From the IMG/VR virus record IMGVR_UViG_3300036781_000418, positions 278,592 through 342,591 of that record: a stretch of 64,000 nt of DNA. One strand, given 5' to 3'. Under the pieces are notes generated by a model. That model had not been told where the DNA came from. It ran no database searches and saw only the letters and a program-made list of their open reading frames with translations. Position numbers and translations under genes: made by a program. Of the stretch, positions 47,733 through 57,660 are shown piece by piece (positions within the stretch are counted from its first letter, which is position 1; every line of letters starts with the position of its first letter).

Positions 47733-49346
47733 ATGCACCTCGTAATTCTCGCGTCTGGGCTTGGTTCACGCCTCGCGCCGCTGACCAACCACATTCCAAA
47801 GTTCCTCGTCAACATTGGCAAGGAGACGGGACTCACTGAGCAGATCCGGTACTGGAAGCAGTACTACCCCGAGTCCATCACGCTGGTCGTGCACTCGGCC
47901 TACGAGGAACTCGTGAGGTCCTACTATCAGCTGTACTTCAGCAAGGACGAGCAGCTCGAGGTGCTGGCTGAAAACGGCGAAGACTTCGTGCCGACTCCAC
48001 TGCACATCAAGACGGTCGACGAGGCGCTGGGTTCCGCCCACGCCATCATGAACTCGTGTGAGCACCTTGACGGCGTGGACAACGTGATGATCAGCTGGTG
48101 CGACATCCTGCCAGGTGAGCAGATCAACTACGACAACCTGCAGACGTTCACGGGCGATCCAACGGTCTTCACCAACTACGACTACCCCAACCGCTATGGC
48201 TTGGTTCCAAGTGGGCACGCGTTCGCGCCTCAGCCTGTGACGCACGGTGGCGGTGTGGTTGGGTTGTACTTCGTGCCGCACTTCAAGCTGGTGCCCTTCA
48301 CCGACGGCCAAGACTTCGTCGACGTGATCACCAAGTACTCCACCACTGGCACCGTTGGAGAACAGCGGTTGAGCAGCGTCGTGGACTGGGGCGACAAGCC
48401 AAAGCTGGAGCACACCCGCTCCACGGCTGACAAGGCCCGCTCGTTCAACGCCGTTGAGTTCCACGGCGACCTCGTGAAGAAGTACGCGTTGAACGAGCAA
48501 GGCCGTCCACTGATCAAGCGTGAGATCGCCTGGTACGACGCGCTGACTCAGCTCAACTCGAAGGTCAACCGCCCCAAGACATGGCTGGCCGACGACAGCT
48601 TCGTCATGTCGAAGGTCAAGCACGGCGTGATGATCTGGGAACACTGGCCGATGCTGGACGAGATCGGTCGGGCCGAGGTGCTGACGCAGGTCCTTGACCA
48701 ACTTGACCTGCTCCACGCCTGCACCGTGCAGGCGACCAAGGAGGTCGTGCAGCGTGACGTGAAGGTCGAGGCGTTCGACAAGCTGCGCGCCCGGTACGAC
48801 GAGATCAAAGAGGTGGTAGACTCCTTTGGTAAGGTCGACCGTGTGAACGGCTACCACATCGGTGACGTCGATCCGATTGAGCTGATCACATGGACCGCCA
48901 CCGAGTTGATGAAGCACTACGAGGACGTCGACACGTACTCCATCATCCACGGTGACCTGCAGTTCTCGAACAGCATGATCAGCCCAGCCAGTCATGAGGT
49001 GACGTTCATCGACCCACGCGGCTACTTCGGCAAGACGGAGCTCTACGGCCTGCCTGACTACGACAAGGCCAAGCTGCTCTACGCGCTGTCGGGCTACGAC
49101 CAGTTCAACTACAGCCATGACTTCCACCTGAAGCGACTGGGCAATGGTGAGATTTGGTTTGACCTGCCACGACCTGATCTGCGCGGCTGTGAGCAGATCA
49201 TCAAGGAGCGGTTCGACAACGTGCAAACGCTCTGGCTGGCGATCATCTGGCAGGGGTTGGCGCAGTACATCAAGAACGACCCCGTGAAGTCCGTGGCCGC
49301 TCACTATCATGGACTTTCTCTGATGCACAAACTCCGTGTCGGTTGA
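47733..49346 (+). CDS. Sugar nucleotidyltransferase fused to APH/choline-kinase-like phosphotransferase
   Basis: ILASGLGSRLAPLT..PKFL, GSAHAI, WCD, DWGD; C-terminal IIHGDLQFSN, FIDPRGYFG, YDKAKL. Confidence 0.85.
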   Translation: MHLVILASGLGSRLAPLTNHIPKFLVNIGKETGLTEQIRYWKQYYPESITLVVHSAYEELVRSYYQLYFSKDEQLEVLAENGEDFVPTPLHIKTVDEALGSAHAIMNSCEHLDGVDNVMISWCDILPGEQINYDNLQTFTGDPTVFTNYDYPNRYGLVPSGHAFAPQPVTHGGGVVGLYFVPHFKLVPFTDGQDFVDVITKYSTTGTVGEQRLSSVVDWGDKPKLEHTRSTADKARSFNAVEFHGDLVKKYALNEQGRPLIKREIAWYDALTQLNSKVNRPKTWLADDSFVMSKVKHGVMIWEHWPMLDEIGRAEVLTQVLDQLDLLHACTVQATKEVVQRDVKVEAFDKLRARYDEIKEVVDSFGKVDRVNGYHIGDVDPIELITWTATELMKHYEDVDTYSIIHGDLQFSNSMISPASHEVTFIDPRGYFGKTELYGLPDYDKAKLLYALSGYDQFNYSHDFHLKRLGNGEIWFDLPRPDLRGCEQIIKERFDNVQTLWLAIIWQGLAQYIKNDPVKSVAAHYHGLSLMHKLRVG

Positions 49347-49444
49347 CCCTACGTCCTCTGCTAGACCTGAATCGTTACAATTGAGTTCAACCTGTTTTCT
49401 CGGGTGGTGTTATAGTTAGCCTATGCACTAATCCGAGGAAACTC

Positions 49445-49738
49445 ATGAAGCTGAATCTAATCAAGAAAGAAGCGAAGCTGATTCCCATAGGCAAGCAAGG
49501 TAAGACCAAGACTGAAGACGTCTACACGTACGAGTCTGAGGACAAGGCTGTGAAGCTAACCTTCCATGCCAGCCCAACGAATGCGTGGAACTGGACCATG
49601 GTGCGGGACGATGGTGCTTCTAACTCGCTGGGTATGCGCCGCCGCCATGCGATTATTTGTGCATTCATAGAAGCCATATCCGGCACCAACAAGCCGTGGG
49701 ACGACGTGATCAAGGTATTGGTGATCGGGTATTGGTGA
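49445..49738 (+). CDS. Hypothetical protein
   Basis: GAGG RBS; -10 boxes upstream. Confidence 0.5.
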   Translation: MKLNLIKKEAKLIPIGKQGKTKTEDVYTYESEDKAVKLTFHASPTNAWNWTMVRDDGASNSLGMRRRHAIICAFIEAISGTNKPWDDVIKVLVIGYW

Positions 49739-49742
49739 TCGA

Positions 49743-50222
49743 ATGAGCAAAATTCTCTATGTCGAGACAGCCGTCCAGCAGGCCGCACTCGTCGACATTC
49801 TCATTCCGGCCATCATCAGCGGTTTCTGGTCAACCCATCGACCAGCGGGACATGGTGATGTTTTTAAGGACGTGGCCGTACTCTTGACCACGGATGGTCA
49901 GCTCGGTCCAGTTGGGTTTGAAGGTCGTCGAAACTACGACTTCAAGAACCTTGACTTTAGGTATGAGCATGAGAAAGTACTCCTTGCACTTCTTGAGTCA
50001 CATGGTTTGGCGCCCAAGATGAGTGTCCTCAACAAGCTCCTTGTGGAGCTTGGGATAATCGTTAACAGTCGGAAGAAGAGTGTCACCGATACCCCAATCA
50101 AAATTTACCGAGGCAACCATTGTCTTGGTACCATCACCACTGAGCCACGACGCGTCGCCTTGCGTCGACACGATGCTCGGCATGTCGTTCTCATACCGAT
50201 TAAGCCAAATGGGAATGAATAG
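49743..50222 (+). CDS. Hypothetical protein
   Basis: 159-aa ORF. Confidence 0.5.
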   Translation: MSKILYVETAVQQAALVDILIPAIISGFWSTHRPAGHGDVFKDVAVLLTTDGQLGPVGFEGRRNYDFKNLDFRYEHEKVLLALLESHGLAPKMSVLNKLLVELGIIVNSRKKSVTDTPIKIYRGNHCLGTITTEPRRVALRRHDARHVVLIPIKPNGNE

Positions 50223-50586
50223 TCCTACACGGCCCAACGCTGACCTCATCACACGAGGGTTGCAAAAGCGTGCGGCACAGGCATCTGACCAAGTTTCGCA
50301 CTACATCGATCTCCTAAAGATCTCGCCGTACGCGGCCGCTCATGGAATGGACGCGCTCCTTCAGGCGGCCGCCACCGTGGAGGTGTGCAACACCGTGCTC
50401 ATGGCCATGCACGCGAACCACCACCTCGCGGAGACTCTGGACTTCTCACACCTGATCGACTTGGCCGCTCGCAAGCTGCAGGGCGAAGCGGTCAGCGACC
50501 CCTGTCAACTTTCCCTCCACGTCCACGTGGTCCGGCTGTTCATGGACCTCCGCGACGAACTTGACTCCCACCTGAAAGGAACTTGA
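50215..50586 (+). CDS. Hypothetical protein
   Basis: Overlapping start ATG at 50215. Confidence 0.45.
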   Translation: MNSPTRPNADLITRGLQKRAAQASDQVSHYIDLLKISPYAAAHGMDALLQAAATVEVCNTVLMAMHANHHLAETLDFSHLIDLAARKLQGEAVSDPCQLSLHVHVVRLFMDLRDELDSHLKGT

Positions 50587-50777
50587 GATGTTTGGATCAC
50601 ACGCTCTTGGTGAAGTTGTTGGCATGGAGCGGGCCATTAAGCTCGCGAAGGCCCTGATGGCGGACTGTGACTCGGAGCATGAGAAGCTCACGATGCAGAT
50701 TCTGATCACGCGCCTGGAGGCTGAGCTCGCGAAGATCAAGGCGGACAACGTCATCATCTGAACCCGACCTAATCCAA

Positions 50778-50803
50778 CACCTGGGACCACAAGGTCCCAG
50801 GTG
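50778..50803. terminator. Hairpin/terminator
   Basis: CACCTGGGACC-ACAA-GGTCCCAGGTG. Confidence 0.45.
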
Positions 50804-50850
50804 GGGGTGCGTGGATAAGTGCCTACTCACTAAAATGATGCTACAATGTT

Positions 50851-51147
50851 ATGAAGGTAGCTATGCACAAAGTGAGACCGGTCCAAATCCTCTATGTGTT
50901 GGAGTGCACGGAGTATGAGCGTGGTTGGGATTCAAAGAACGACGGGTACGTGCTGTTCATCGATCAGGCGGAAGCCACACGTTGGGCGACCACACAGCTT
51001 GGTGATCGCAGTGGCGCGGTGCCGGACTACTACGTGAACTACACTGAGCGCGGATTTGAGGAAGCAGGTCCCCGCACGATGGCCCGCATTGAGGCAAGCC
51101 CCGAGGGCCGGATCTACATAGATCGTCTCTCTGAGATGTCCCAATAA
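50851..51147 (+). CDS. Phage hypothetical protein
   Basis: EYERGW...VPDYY; TACAAT upstream. Confidence 0.55.
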   Translation: MKVAMHKVRPVQILYVLECTEYERGWDSKNDGYVLFIDQAEATRWATTQLGDRSGAVPDYYVNYTERGFEEAGPRTMARIEASPEGRIYIDRLSEMSQ

Positions 51148-51162
51148 CTTTCAAGTTTTCAA

Positions 51163-53100
51163 ATGTCAAAATCAGTAGCACAAACCTACCAGAAGCTCGA
51201 CGACATCGAGCACGTCCGCCTACGAACAGGCATGTACGCCGGTTCCGTCGAACCAACCGCCAAGGAGCAATGGTTCTACAACCTTGAAACTGGCAAGATG
51301 GAGAAGGCCCTCCTTACCACCATCCCCGCGTTCGTGAAGATCTTTTCGGAGATTCTCGACAACGCCATCGACGAAGGTCGGCGCGCCCCCAGCGTACTCG
51401 ATACCATCAAGGTGACCTTTGACCAGGGGACTGGCGAGATCACGGTGTGGGACAATGGCCGCGGCATTCCAGTGGTGATCCACCCCGAAGAAAAGGTGTA
51501 CGTCGCCGAGATGATCTTCTCCAACTTGCGGTCTGGCTCGAACTTCAACGACGACGAAGACCAGCAGTTGATCGGCACCAACGGCGTCGGCTCCACCCTC
51601 ACCAACATCCTCTCGACCGAGTTCAACGTCGAGTCGTGTGACGGCAAGAAGATGCTGCGTCAGACCTTCAGCGAGGGCATGCGCGAGCGCACCACGCCGA
51701 AGATCACCACGAACAGCCGCAACCACACCGAGATTCGCTTCACGCCCGACTACGCGTTCTTCAAGCTTGAAGGCCTGGACGACGACCACGTGCGCCGAAT
51801 GACCAAGAAGGTCGTGGACGCCACCGCGTGCAACCCTGGGATCAAGTTCTTCGTCAATGGTGAGCGCATCAACGTGAAGAACTTTGGTGACTACGTGGCC
51901 CTCTATGACGCCGAGCACGTGTACGACGACACCACCGACTGGAAGGTCGGCATCTCGTACTCCGACAGCGAGTTCGAGCAGATCAGCTTCGTCAACTCAG
52001 TTGAGACGTTCGAGGGTGGCACGCACGTCTGGTACGTGATGGATCAGATCACCGCCGAACTCCGTGAGTACATCAAGAAGAAGTACAAGGAGGACGTCAA
52101 GCCTGGTGACATTCGCGCCCACATGCGTGTGTACATCTCAGGCAACGTCAACCGTCCGAAGTTCTCCTCACAGACGAAGGAGAACATGATCTCGCTGCCT
52201 GGGTCGTACCAGACCACGTGGGCCGTCCCCGAGGCGTTCATTCGCAAGCTCATCAAGTCGCCCATCATCAACTCGGTGATGGACCTTGTGAAGGCCAAGA
52301 ACATGGCCGCCGAGCTGAAAGAGCTCCGTGAGAACTCCAAGAACTTGGCGAAGAAGTCGCCAAAGGCGGTGGACAAGTTCACTGACGCCGTCGCCAAGTC
52401 GGACCGCCACCTCTGCGAGTGCTACTTCACGGAAGGTGACTCAGCACGTGCGTCCATCCAGTCGGCCCGCGGCAAGAACCAACACATCGGCTCCTACTCA
52501 CTACGTGGTAAGCCGAAGAACGTCTTCGAAGAGGAACCAAAGAACATCATCGCCCCACGTAAGAACAAGAAGACCGGTGAGGCGACGGGCGAGCTCCCAG
52601 AGCTGGCCAACGTGATGCTCATCCTTGGTCTGGAGTTCGGTGTGAAGGTAACATCCGTCCACCAACTCCGCTTCGGTAAGATCGTGATTCTGTCCGACCA
52701 AGACTTGGATGGCTTCCACATCACTGGCCTGCTGCTCGCCTTCTTCGCCAAGTTCTGGCCGGAGTTGTTCGAACTCGGCATCATCTACCGGATGAACACC
52801 CCGTTGTTCATCGCGACCGTTGGCAAGAGCGACACGTACGAGTTCTTCACTGAGGAAGAGTACGCCGCTTGGGCGAAGACCGCACCCAAGCACAAGGCTG
52901 ACTACTACAAGGGACTGGGTGGCTTCGACACCGACGTCTTCGAAGGCTTCATCAACAACCGTCAGAACTACCTGACGCAGTTCGCGCCCCTCACGGCGTC
53001 CGACCTGGAGTTGATCGAGATGGCCTTCGGTAAGACCGAGCAAGAAGCACGCAAGGAGTGGCTGGAAGACGTCCGCTACTTCGACTCCATCGACGCCTGA
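51163..53100 (+). CDS. DNA topoisomerase II large subunit (T4 gp39+gp60 fused)
   Basis: EHVRLRTGMYAG, EILDNAIDE, DNGRGIP, GTNGVG, TEGDSA, LRGK, DQDLDG, YKGLG. Confidence 0.95.
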   Translation: MSKSVAQTYQKLDDIEHVRLRTGMYAGSVEPTAKEQWFYNLETGKMEKALLTTIPAFVKIFSEILDNAIDEGRRAPSVLDTIKVTFDQGTGEITVWDNGRGIPVVIHPEEKVYVAEMIFSNLRSGSNFNDDEDQQLIGTNGVGSTLTNILSTEFNVESCDGKKMLRQTFSEGMRERTTPKITTNSRNHTEIRFTPDYAFFKLEGLDDDHVRRMTKKVVDATACNPGIKFFVNGERINVKNFGDYVALYDAEHVYDDTTDWKVGISYSDSEFEQISFVNSVETFEGGTHVWYVMDQITAELREYIKKKYKEDVKPGDIRAHMRVYISGNVNRPKFSSQTKENMISLPGSYQTTWAVPEAFIRKLIKSPIINSVMDLVKAKNMAAELKELRENSKNLAKKSPKAVDKFTDAVAKSDRHLCECYFTEGDSARASIQSARGKNQHIGSYSLRGKPKNVFEEEPKNIIAPRKNKKTGEATGELPELANVMLILGLEFGVKVTSVHQLRFGKIVILSDQDLDGFHITGLLLAFFAKFWPELFELGIIYRMNTPLFIATVGKSDTYEFFTEEEYAAWAKTAPKHKADYYKGLGGFDTDVFEGFINNRQNYLTQFAPLTASDLELIEMAFGKTEQEARKEWLEDVRYFDSIDA

Positions 53101-53151
53101 CCCGCGTACCTGGATGTCACCCAACAACACTGAATGATAGAGTAGCAACCA

Positions 53152-54489
53152 ATGGCAAAACCTTCACAGATGTCCGTCACGGACTTCATCAACACCAAGC
53201 TCAAGCTGTACTCAGCTCAGTCCAACGTGCGCGGCATTCCGTTCACCGGTGACGGGTTCAAGGAAGCCCACCGCAAGGCGGTCTGGGGTATCCTCAGCCG
53301 AGGCGAGCACGCCGACTTCGAGTCGGTTGAACGTATCTCGGCCGCAGCCGCCGTGTCGACCGACTACCACCATGGCATCGGCTCCCTGCAAGGCACGATG
53401 TCCGTGCTGGCGCAGGACTTTCCCAACACCAACAACCTACCGCTGTTCCTTGGCAAGGGCCAGTTCGGCAGCCGCATCAACGCCAAGCCGTCCGCGGCTC
53501 GGTACGTGAAGATCAAGCTGGCACCGATGTTCCGACAGATCTTCAACAAGGCCGACGACCTCATCCTCGAGTACAACCTCTCGAACGGCATGAAGGTCGA
53601 ACCGAAGTACTTCATCCCCATCATCCCCATCACGCTCGTCAACGGCGCGCAGGGCATGGGCACTGGCCACTCCACCGACATCTGCCTTTACAACCCAGTT
53701 GAAGTGCGCAAGATGATCCTTGACATGCTGAACGGCAAGCAAGTCGAGCAGCACACCCTCACCCCACACTGGAAGGGCTACAGCGGTGAAGTTGGTCGTG
53801 ACGAGGAGACTGGTCAGGTGACAACCACCGGCTCGTACGAGGTCAAGCGTGGTCGCACGCTGACGATCAAGATCACCGAGCTGCCGGTGTGGACCACGGG
53901 CGAGGCCTACAACTCCTTCCTCAAGGAGCTTATCGAGAAGGACAAGATCATCGGCTACGATGATCAGACCGACAAGAACGGCTTCGACTACACGGTGCAG
54001 GTCCCTAAGGACTTCGACGTCAGCGACGACAACATCAAGAAGTTCTTCCGCCTGATCGGCCGCACGACGGAGAACCTTACGGTATGGGACGGTGAAGGCA
54101 AGCTCGTTCGGTACGACTCGATCGAGGACATGCTCGTTGAGTGGGTGAACTGGCGGTTGGACCGCTACGAAGACCGTCGCCTGGCCCTCATCAAGAAGAC
54201 CGCCGACGACATCGTCTGGGCGAACATGAAGGTGCGGTTCATCCGCTACTACCTCGCCAACACGAAGTACTTCCGTGACACCCCCAACAAGGAGCTGGCC
54301 GTCACTCTCGTCAGTGAAGGCTTCGTCCGTCACGACGAGCTGCTTGGCATGCCGATGCGCAACCTCACGCACGACAAGATCAAAGAGCTTGAGCAGGACA
54401 TTGAAGATCTGAAGGTGGAGAAGGCGGCCTACGAGGCCACTGACAACGCCACCATGTTTACCACTGAACTGAAAGCACTGAAGCTATGA
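53152..54489 (+). CDS. DNA topoisomerase II medium subunit (T4 gp52)
   Basis: RGIP..GDGFK, YHHG, GQFGSR, SAARY (catalytic Tyr), LVNGAQGMGTG, ITELP. Confidence 0.95.
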   Translation: MAKPSQMSVTDFINTKLKLYSAQSNVRGIPFTGDGFKEAHRKAVWGILSRGEHADFESVERISAAAAVSTDYHHGIGSLQGTMSVLAQDFPNTNNLPLFLGKGQFGSRINAKPSAARYVKIKLAPMFRQIFNKADDLILEYNLSNGMKVEPKYFIPIIPITLVNGAQGMGTGHSTDICLYNPVEVRKMILDMLNGKQVEQHTLTPHWKGYSGEVGRDEETGQVTTTGSYEVKRGRTLTIKITELPVWTTGEAYNSFLKELIEKDKIIGYDDQTDKNGFDYTVQVPKDFDVSDDNIKKFFRLIGRTTENLTVWDGEGKLVRYDSIEDMLVEWVNWRLDRYEDRRLALIKKTADDIVWANMKVRFIRYYLANTKYFRDTPNKELAVTLVSEGFVRHDELLGMPMRNLTHDKIKELEQDIEDLKVEKAAYEATDNATMFTTELKALKL

Positions 54490-55073
54490 ACTCGTTCATC
54501 GTCGACGACCGTATCCGCGCAGTTAAGGCGTTCTTGACCACAAGCCCCAACTACACCAAGCCGCACGCGAACCACCCCAAGTTCTCGACGGCCATCTTCA
54601 AGGCTGTGAAGAACGCCTATGAGCGGGCGGCGCGTGAAGGTTGGGGTACAATCTACTGGGCCGTCGACCTACATGACACGGTGATCATGCCGTCGTACCA
54701 GCCAGGTATCATTGGTCAATCCTACCCCTTTGCGCTGGACACGCTCTACTGGTTGTTGTCGTTCCCCGAGACTGGCATCATCCTCTGGTCGTCAATGTCA
54801 AAGGAAGAGTTGGCGCGGCACCGCAGCGTGCTCTTTGAAGGTGTGGCTGACCATGAAGTCCGGGTCTTCCTCAACGAGAACCCCGACATCGGCGCGACGC
54901 GGTACGCGAACTTCGATCAGAAGATGTACTTCAACATGCTGCTGGACGACAAGGCCGGCTTCGACCACACTACAGACTGGCAGCTTATCCAGGAGGCGGT
55001 CAACTACTACCGGCCGCGCAACATTGACCGGATGATCAGCGACGAGTTCATTGAAGTGACCGAGCACGCATGA
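54486..55073 (+). CDS. HAD-superfamily phosphatase-like protein
   Basis: AVDLHDTV, LWSS, NENP, LLDDKAGF. Confidence 0.7.
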   Translation: MNSFIVDDRIRAVKAFLTTSPNYTKPHANHPKFSTAIFKAVKNAYERAAREGWGTIYWAVDLHDTVIMPSYQPGIIGQSYPFALDTLYWLLSFPETGIILWSSMSKEELARHRSVLFEGVADHEVRVFLNENPDIGATRYANFDQKMYFNMLLDDKAGFDHTTDWQLIQEAVNYYRPRNIDRMISDEFIEVTEHA

Positions 55074-55927
55074 AGCCCGCACATGAAGTCCTCGGCATCG
55101 GCAAAGGCTCCTCCGCCGAGGAGGCCAAGACGGCCTACAAGCGCCTCGCCTCCAAGTACCACCCTGACAAGCACCCTGAAGCCGAGAAGCTCGAGTGGGA
55201 GCAGAAGTTCAAGGAGATTGGCGAGGCGCTGAAGTGGTTTGAAGAGCGTGAGACGGGCAAGACCAACGTGTGGCAGGACTTCAGTGGTGGCGGTAGGCCC
55301 TACACCAACAGCGACATGGCTGACATCCTACGTGCGTTCGCCGAGTCGCACAACCGTGACTATCAAAACCGAGTCGTGCCGATCAATCTCACGGTTGACC
55401 TGCAGCTCGCCTTCACCGGCGGTACGGTCGGTGTCACCCACCGCGGCCGGTCCTACGGCTTCGTCCTCAAGGCTGGCTTGCCGCAAGGCTCCACCTTCAC
55501 CGACGAGCTGCCCACGCCCGAAGGTGCCATCAAAGTGTTGGTCACAACCAACTTCACCAGCAAGGAATATCGGTTCCTCGCCGACAACAACGGCACCTTC
55601 CTGTCCGGTGACCTTGAGAAGGTCGTGTCCATCCACGCCGCGACGATCATGGTCGGCGGCCACGTGCAGGTGAGTGACCTGTCGAACAAGACCTTCGAGG
55701 TGCGCGTGCCGAAGGGCTTCGACATCACCAACCGCCTGAAGCTAAAGGGCCGTGGCTACACCGCCTACAACACAGGTGGCAGCGCGACCGGTCGTGGCGA
55801 CCTCTACATCGTCCTCAAGCCCACCTTCAAGATGGCGGCGATGGCGGAAGAGTCCCTCCACTGGTTGGCGGCCGCGATCGAAGAAGAGGTGAACCGTCGT
55901 GGCGAAGAAGCCAGCCCCAAAGAGTGA
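55070..55927 (+). CDS. DnaJ/CbpA-like co-chaperone
   Basis: J domain with YHPDK; C-terminal LKGRG...GDLY; no Zn finger. Confidence 0.85.
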   Translation: MKPAHEVLGIGKGSSAEEAKTAYKRLASKYHPDKHPEAEKLEWEQKFKEIGEALKWFEERETGKTNVWQDFSGGGRPYTNSDMADILRAFAESHNRDYQNRVVPINLTVDLQLAFTGGTVGVTHRGRSYGFVLKAGLPQGSTFTDELPTPEGAIKVLVTTNFTSKEYRFLADNNGTFLSGDLEKVVSIHAATIMVGGHVQVSDLSNKTFEVRVPKGFDITNRLKLKGRGYTAYNTGGSATGRGDLYIVLKPTFKMAAMAEESLHWLAAAIEEEVNRRGEEASPKE

Positions 55928-56489
55928 CCTCACCGGCTTTGACTTCGACGACGTACCGTACGAGGGGTTGAAGAAGGTTATCTCAGGCGGGCAGACCGGT
56001 GCCGACATTGCCGGGCTCTACGCCGCTCGTGAACATGGCCTTGAGACCGGTGGTCAGGCGCCTGAGGGGTACTTGACCACGGTGGGCTGCATGCCCGAGC
56101 TGGCGGACTTCGGCCTCACGGCTGCCGGGTCGTACTCACAACGGACCCTGGTGAACGTGAAGTCTTCAGACGCGACACTTGTCCTGAGCAACAACCCGGG
56201 TTCGACCGGGACCGCCCTCACGATCAAGTACTGCGTTCAGCAGCGGAAGCCGTATCTGCTCGTGCACACTACTGAGTTCATACAGCATACGGCGACACGA
56301 GGCGACGCCGGCGTCGCGCCGTCTGAGGAGTTAATAGGCTCTGTGGTCGAGTTCATTCGGCGACACCGGTGCACCACCTTAAACGTCGCCGGAAACCGTG
56401 AACGCCACAGCGATCAACGGATCACCATGGCGTGCTTTGACGCCTGTTACAAAGTCTTTCAGGCTATTCGTCCGGCATCCCGTCCTTGA
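55899..56489 (+). CDS. SLOG-family 'putative molybdenum carrier' (cpYpsA-like) protein
   Basis: VISGGQTGADIAGL, RT..NV..SDATL, GTALT, LNVAGNRE. Confidence 0.8.
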   Translation: MAKKPAPKSDLTGFDFDDVPYEGLKKVISGGQTGADIAGLYAAREHGLETGGQAPEGYLTTVGCMPELADFGLTAAGSYSQRTLVNVKSSDATLVLSNNPGSTGTALTIKYCVQQRKPYLLVHTTEFIQHTATRGDAGVAPSEELIGSVVEFIRRHRCTTLNVAGNRERHSDQRITMACFDACYKVFQAIRPASRP

Positions 56490-56844
56490 TCCACTGCTTG
56501 TACAGTCCGATCATCCTCTTAAGGTCACCAACAAGCTCGCGGTCGTTGGCTGGAGCCCGCGCAGCCTTGAATGTTTGGACAATAACGTACAGGTGAGCTT
56601 TATCGTCGTAGTCGTAGACGATCACCGCCACATGGTCCCAACGGCCGCTAAAATAATTAAGCTCCACCGTTCCATGGAGCTTGCCTTCAATTTTATTTTT
56701 AGCCGCCAAGACTGGAGGGTCTCCGTCGAAGTGTTCAACGACAAACCCTTCACGCTCAAGGTATGGCTTGAGCACCTCAAGCGTTTCCATGGCACCATCT
56801 GGATCATGATGCGCTTCGCCTTCAAGCAGGTGGTCAAGCTTCAT
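56464..56844 (-). CDS. Putative internal head protein, array member 6
   Basis: MKLDHLLEG leader. Confidence 0.6.
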   Translation of the reverse strand: MKLDHLLEGEAHHDPDGAMETLEVLKPYLEREGFVVEHFDGDPPVLAAKNKIEGKLHGTVELNYFSGRWDHVAVIVYDYDDKAHLYVIVQTFKAARAPANDRELVGDLKRMIGLYKQWIKDGMPDE

Positions 56845-57220
56845 TCTGTTCTTCCACGTAGCGGTCAACCGCCGTCATAAGGCGCTTGAAGAGCTTAGCG
56901 GCGTCGCCGGAATCCGTCGGCGTTCCACCGTTAAACTTCTTGGCCTTTTCATTAGGGTCGTCAAGCTGTGAATAGTCATGAATGATGCCCTCTACGGCCA
57001 ACCAGGTGCCCTCATAAAAGAGGGTGCCGAGCACGCAGATGTAGGGCAGGTTTTTAATCCTGACTTCCTTCATGCAGTGGATACCAGCACTGATGTTGTC
57101 CTTACTGTTGCCAGTGACGTTGGTGTCGTACCCATGCTTGCGCGCGTAGACGGCAAAGACCTCAAACGTGTCATGCACGTCGGATAGATCTTCTTCTTCA
57201 AAGAGAACGTTCAACTTCAT
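56834..57220 (-). CDS. Putative internal head protein, array member 5
   Basis: MKLNVLFEE leader. Confidence 0.6.
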   Translation of the reverse strand: MKLNVLFEEEDLSDVHDTFEVFAVYARKHGYDTNVTGNSKDNISAGIHCMKEVRIKNLPYICVLGTLFYEGTWLAVEGIIHDYSQLDDPNEKAKKFNGGTPTDSGDAAKLFKRLMTAVDRYVEEQNEA

Positions 57221-57660
57221 TTGCCACCCTTAAATGCAGCTTCAAACTTATCCAGCTTCTTTGTGTAGGCCGCGACGTCAACCTTCAGCAGCTTCTTCAG
57301 CATTGGAATGACGGACGTGACGGCAATGCCCTGGTGTTTAACGATTGGAAAGTGCGCCTTGCTCAACAGCCCAGTGCTTGGCTCATACGTGTCAAGCTCC
57401 ACGGTCCAAGCTGAGTCGTCGTCCTTCTTGAAGTCGTGGTAGATAACGAACGACATTACAAGGTGACCGGAGTTCATCTCCCACTTGCGAGTAGATACGT
57501 AAGTGTGGTAGAACAACTGGTCGTTGTTAGCAGACTTGCGCATTCGAACGTCGCTCTTGAAGCCGTACGACTTCAGGAACTTGCTGAACAGCATCATATT
57601 CAGCTCGACCTCATCGTGGTCCTCTTCAAATAGGTGATCAAGTAGGGTTTGAAGCTTCAT
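57217..57660 (-). CDS. Putative internal head protein, array member 4
   Basis: MKLQTLLDHLFEE leader. Confidence 0.6.
   Translation of the reverse strand: MKLQTLLDHLFEEDHDEVELNMMLFSKFLKSYGFKSDVRMRKSANNDQLFYHTYVSTRKWEMNSGHLVMSFVIYHDFKKDDDSAWTVELDTYEPSTGLLSKAHFPIVKHQGIAVTSVIPMLKKLLKVDVAAYTKKLDKFEAAFKGGK

Noticed and set aside
51163-53100. T4 gene 60-like translational bypass or intein in topoisomerase
   Set aside because: Single uninterrupted ORF carrying both ATPase and TOPRIM motifs.
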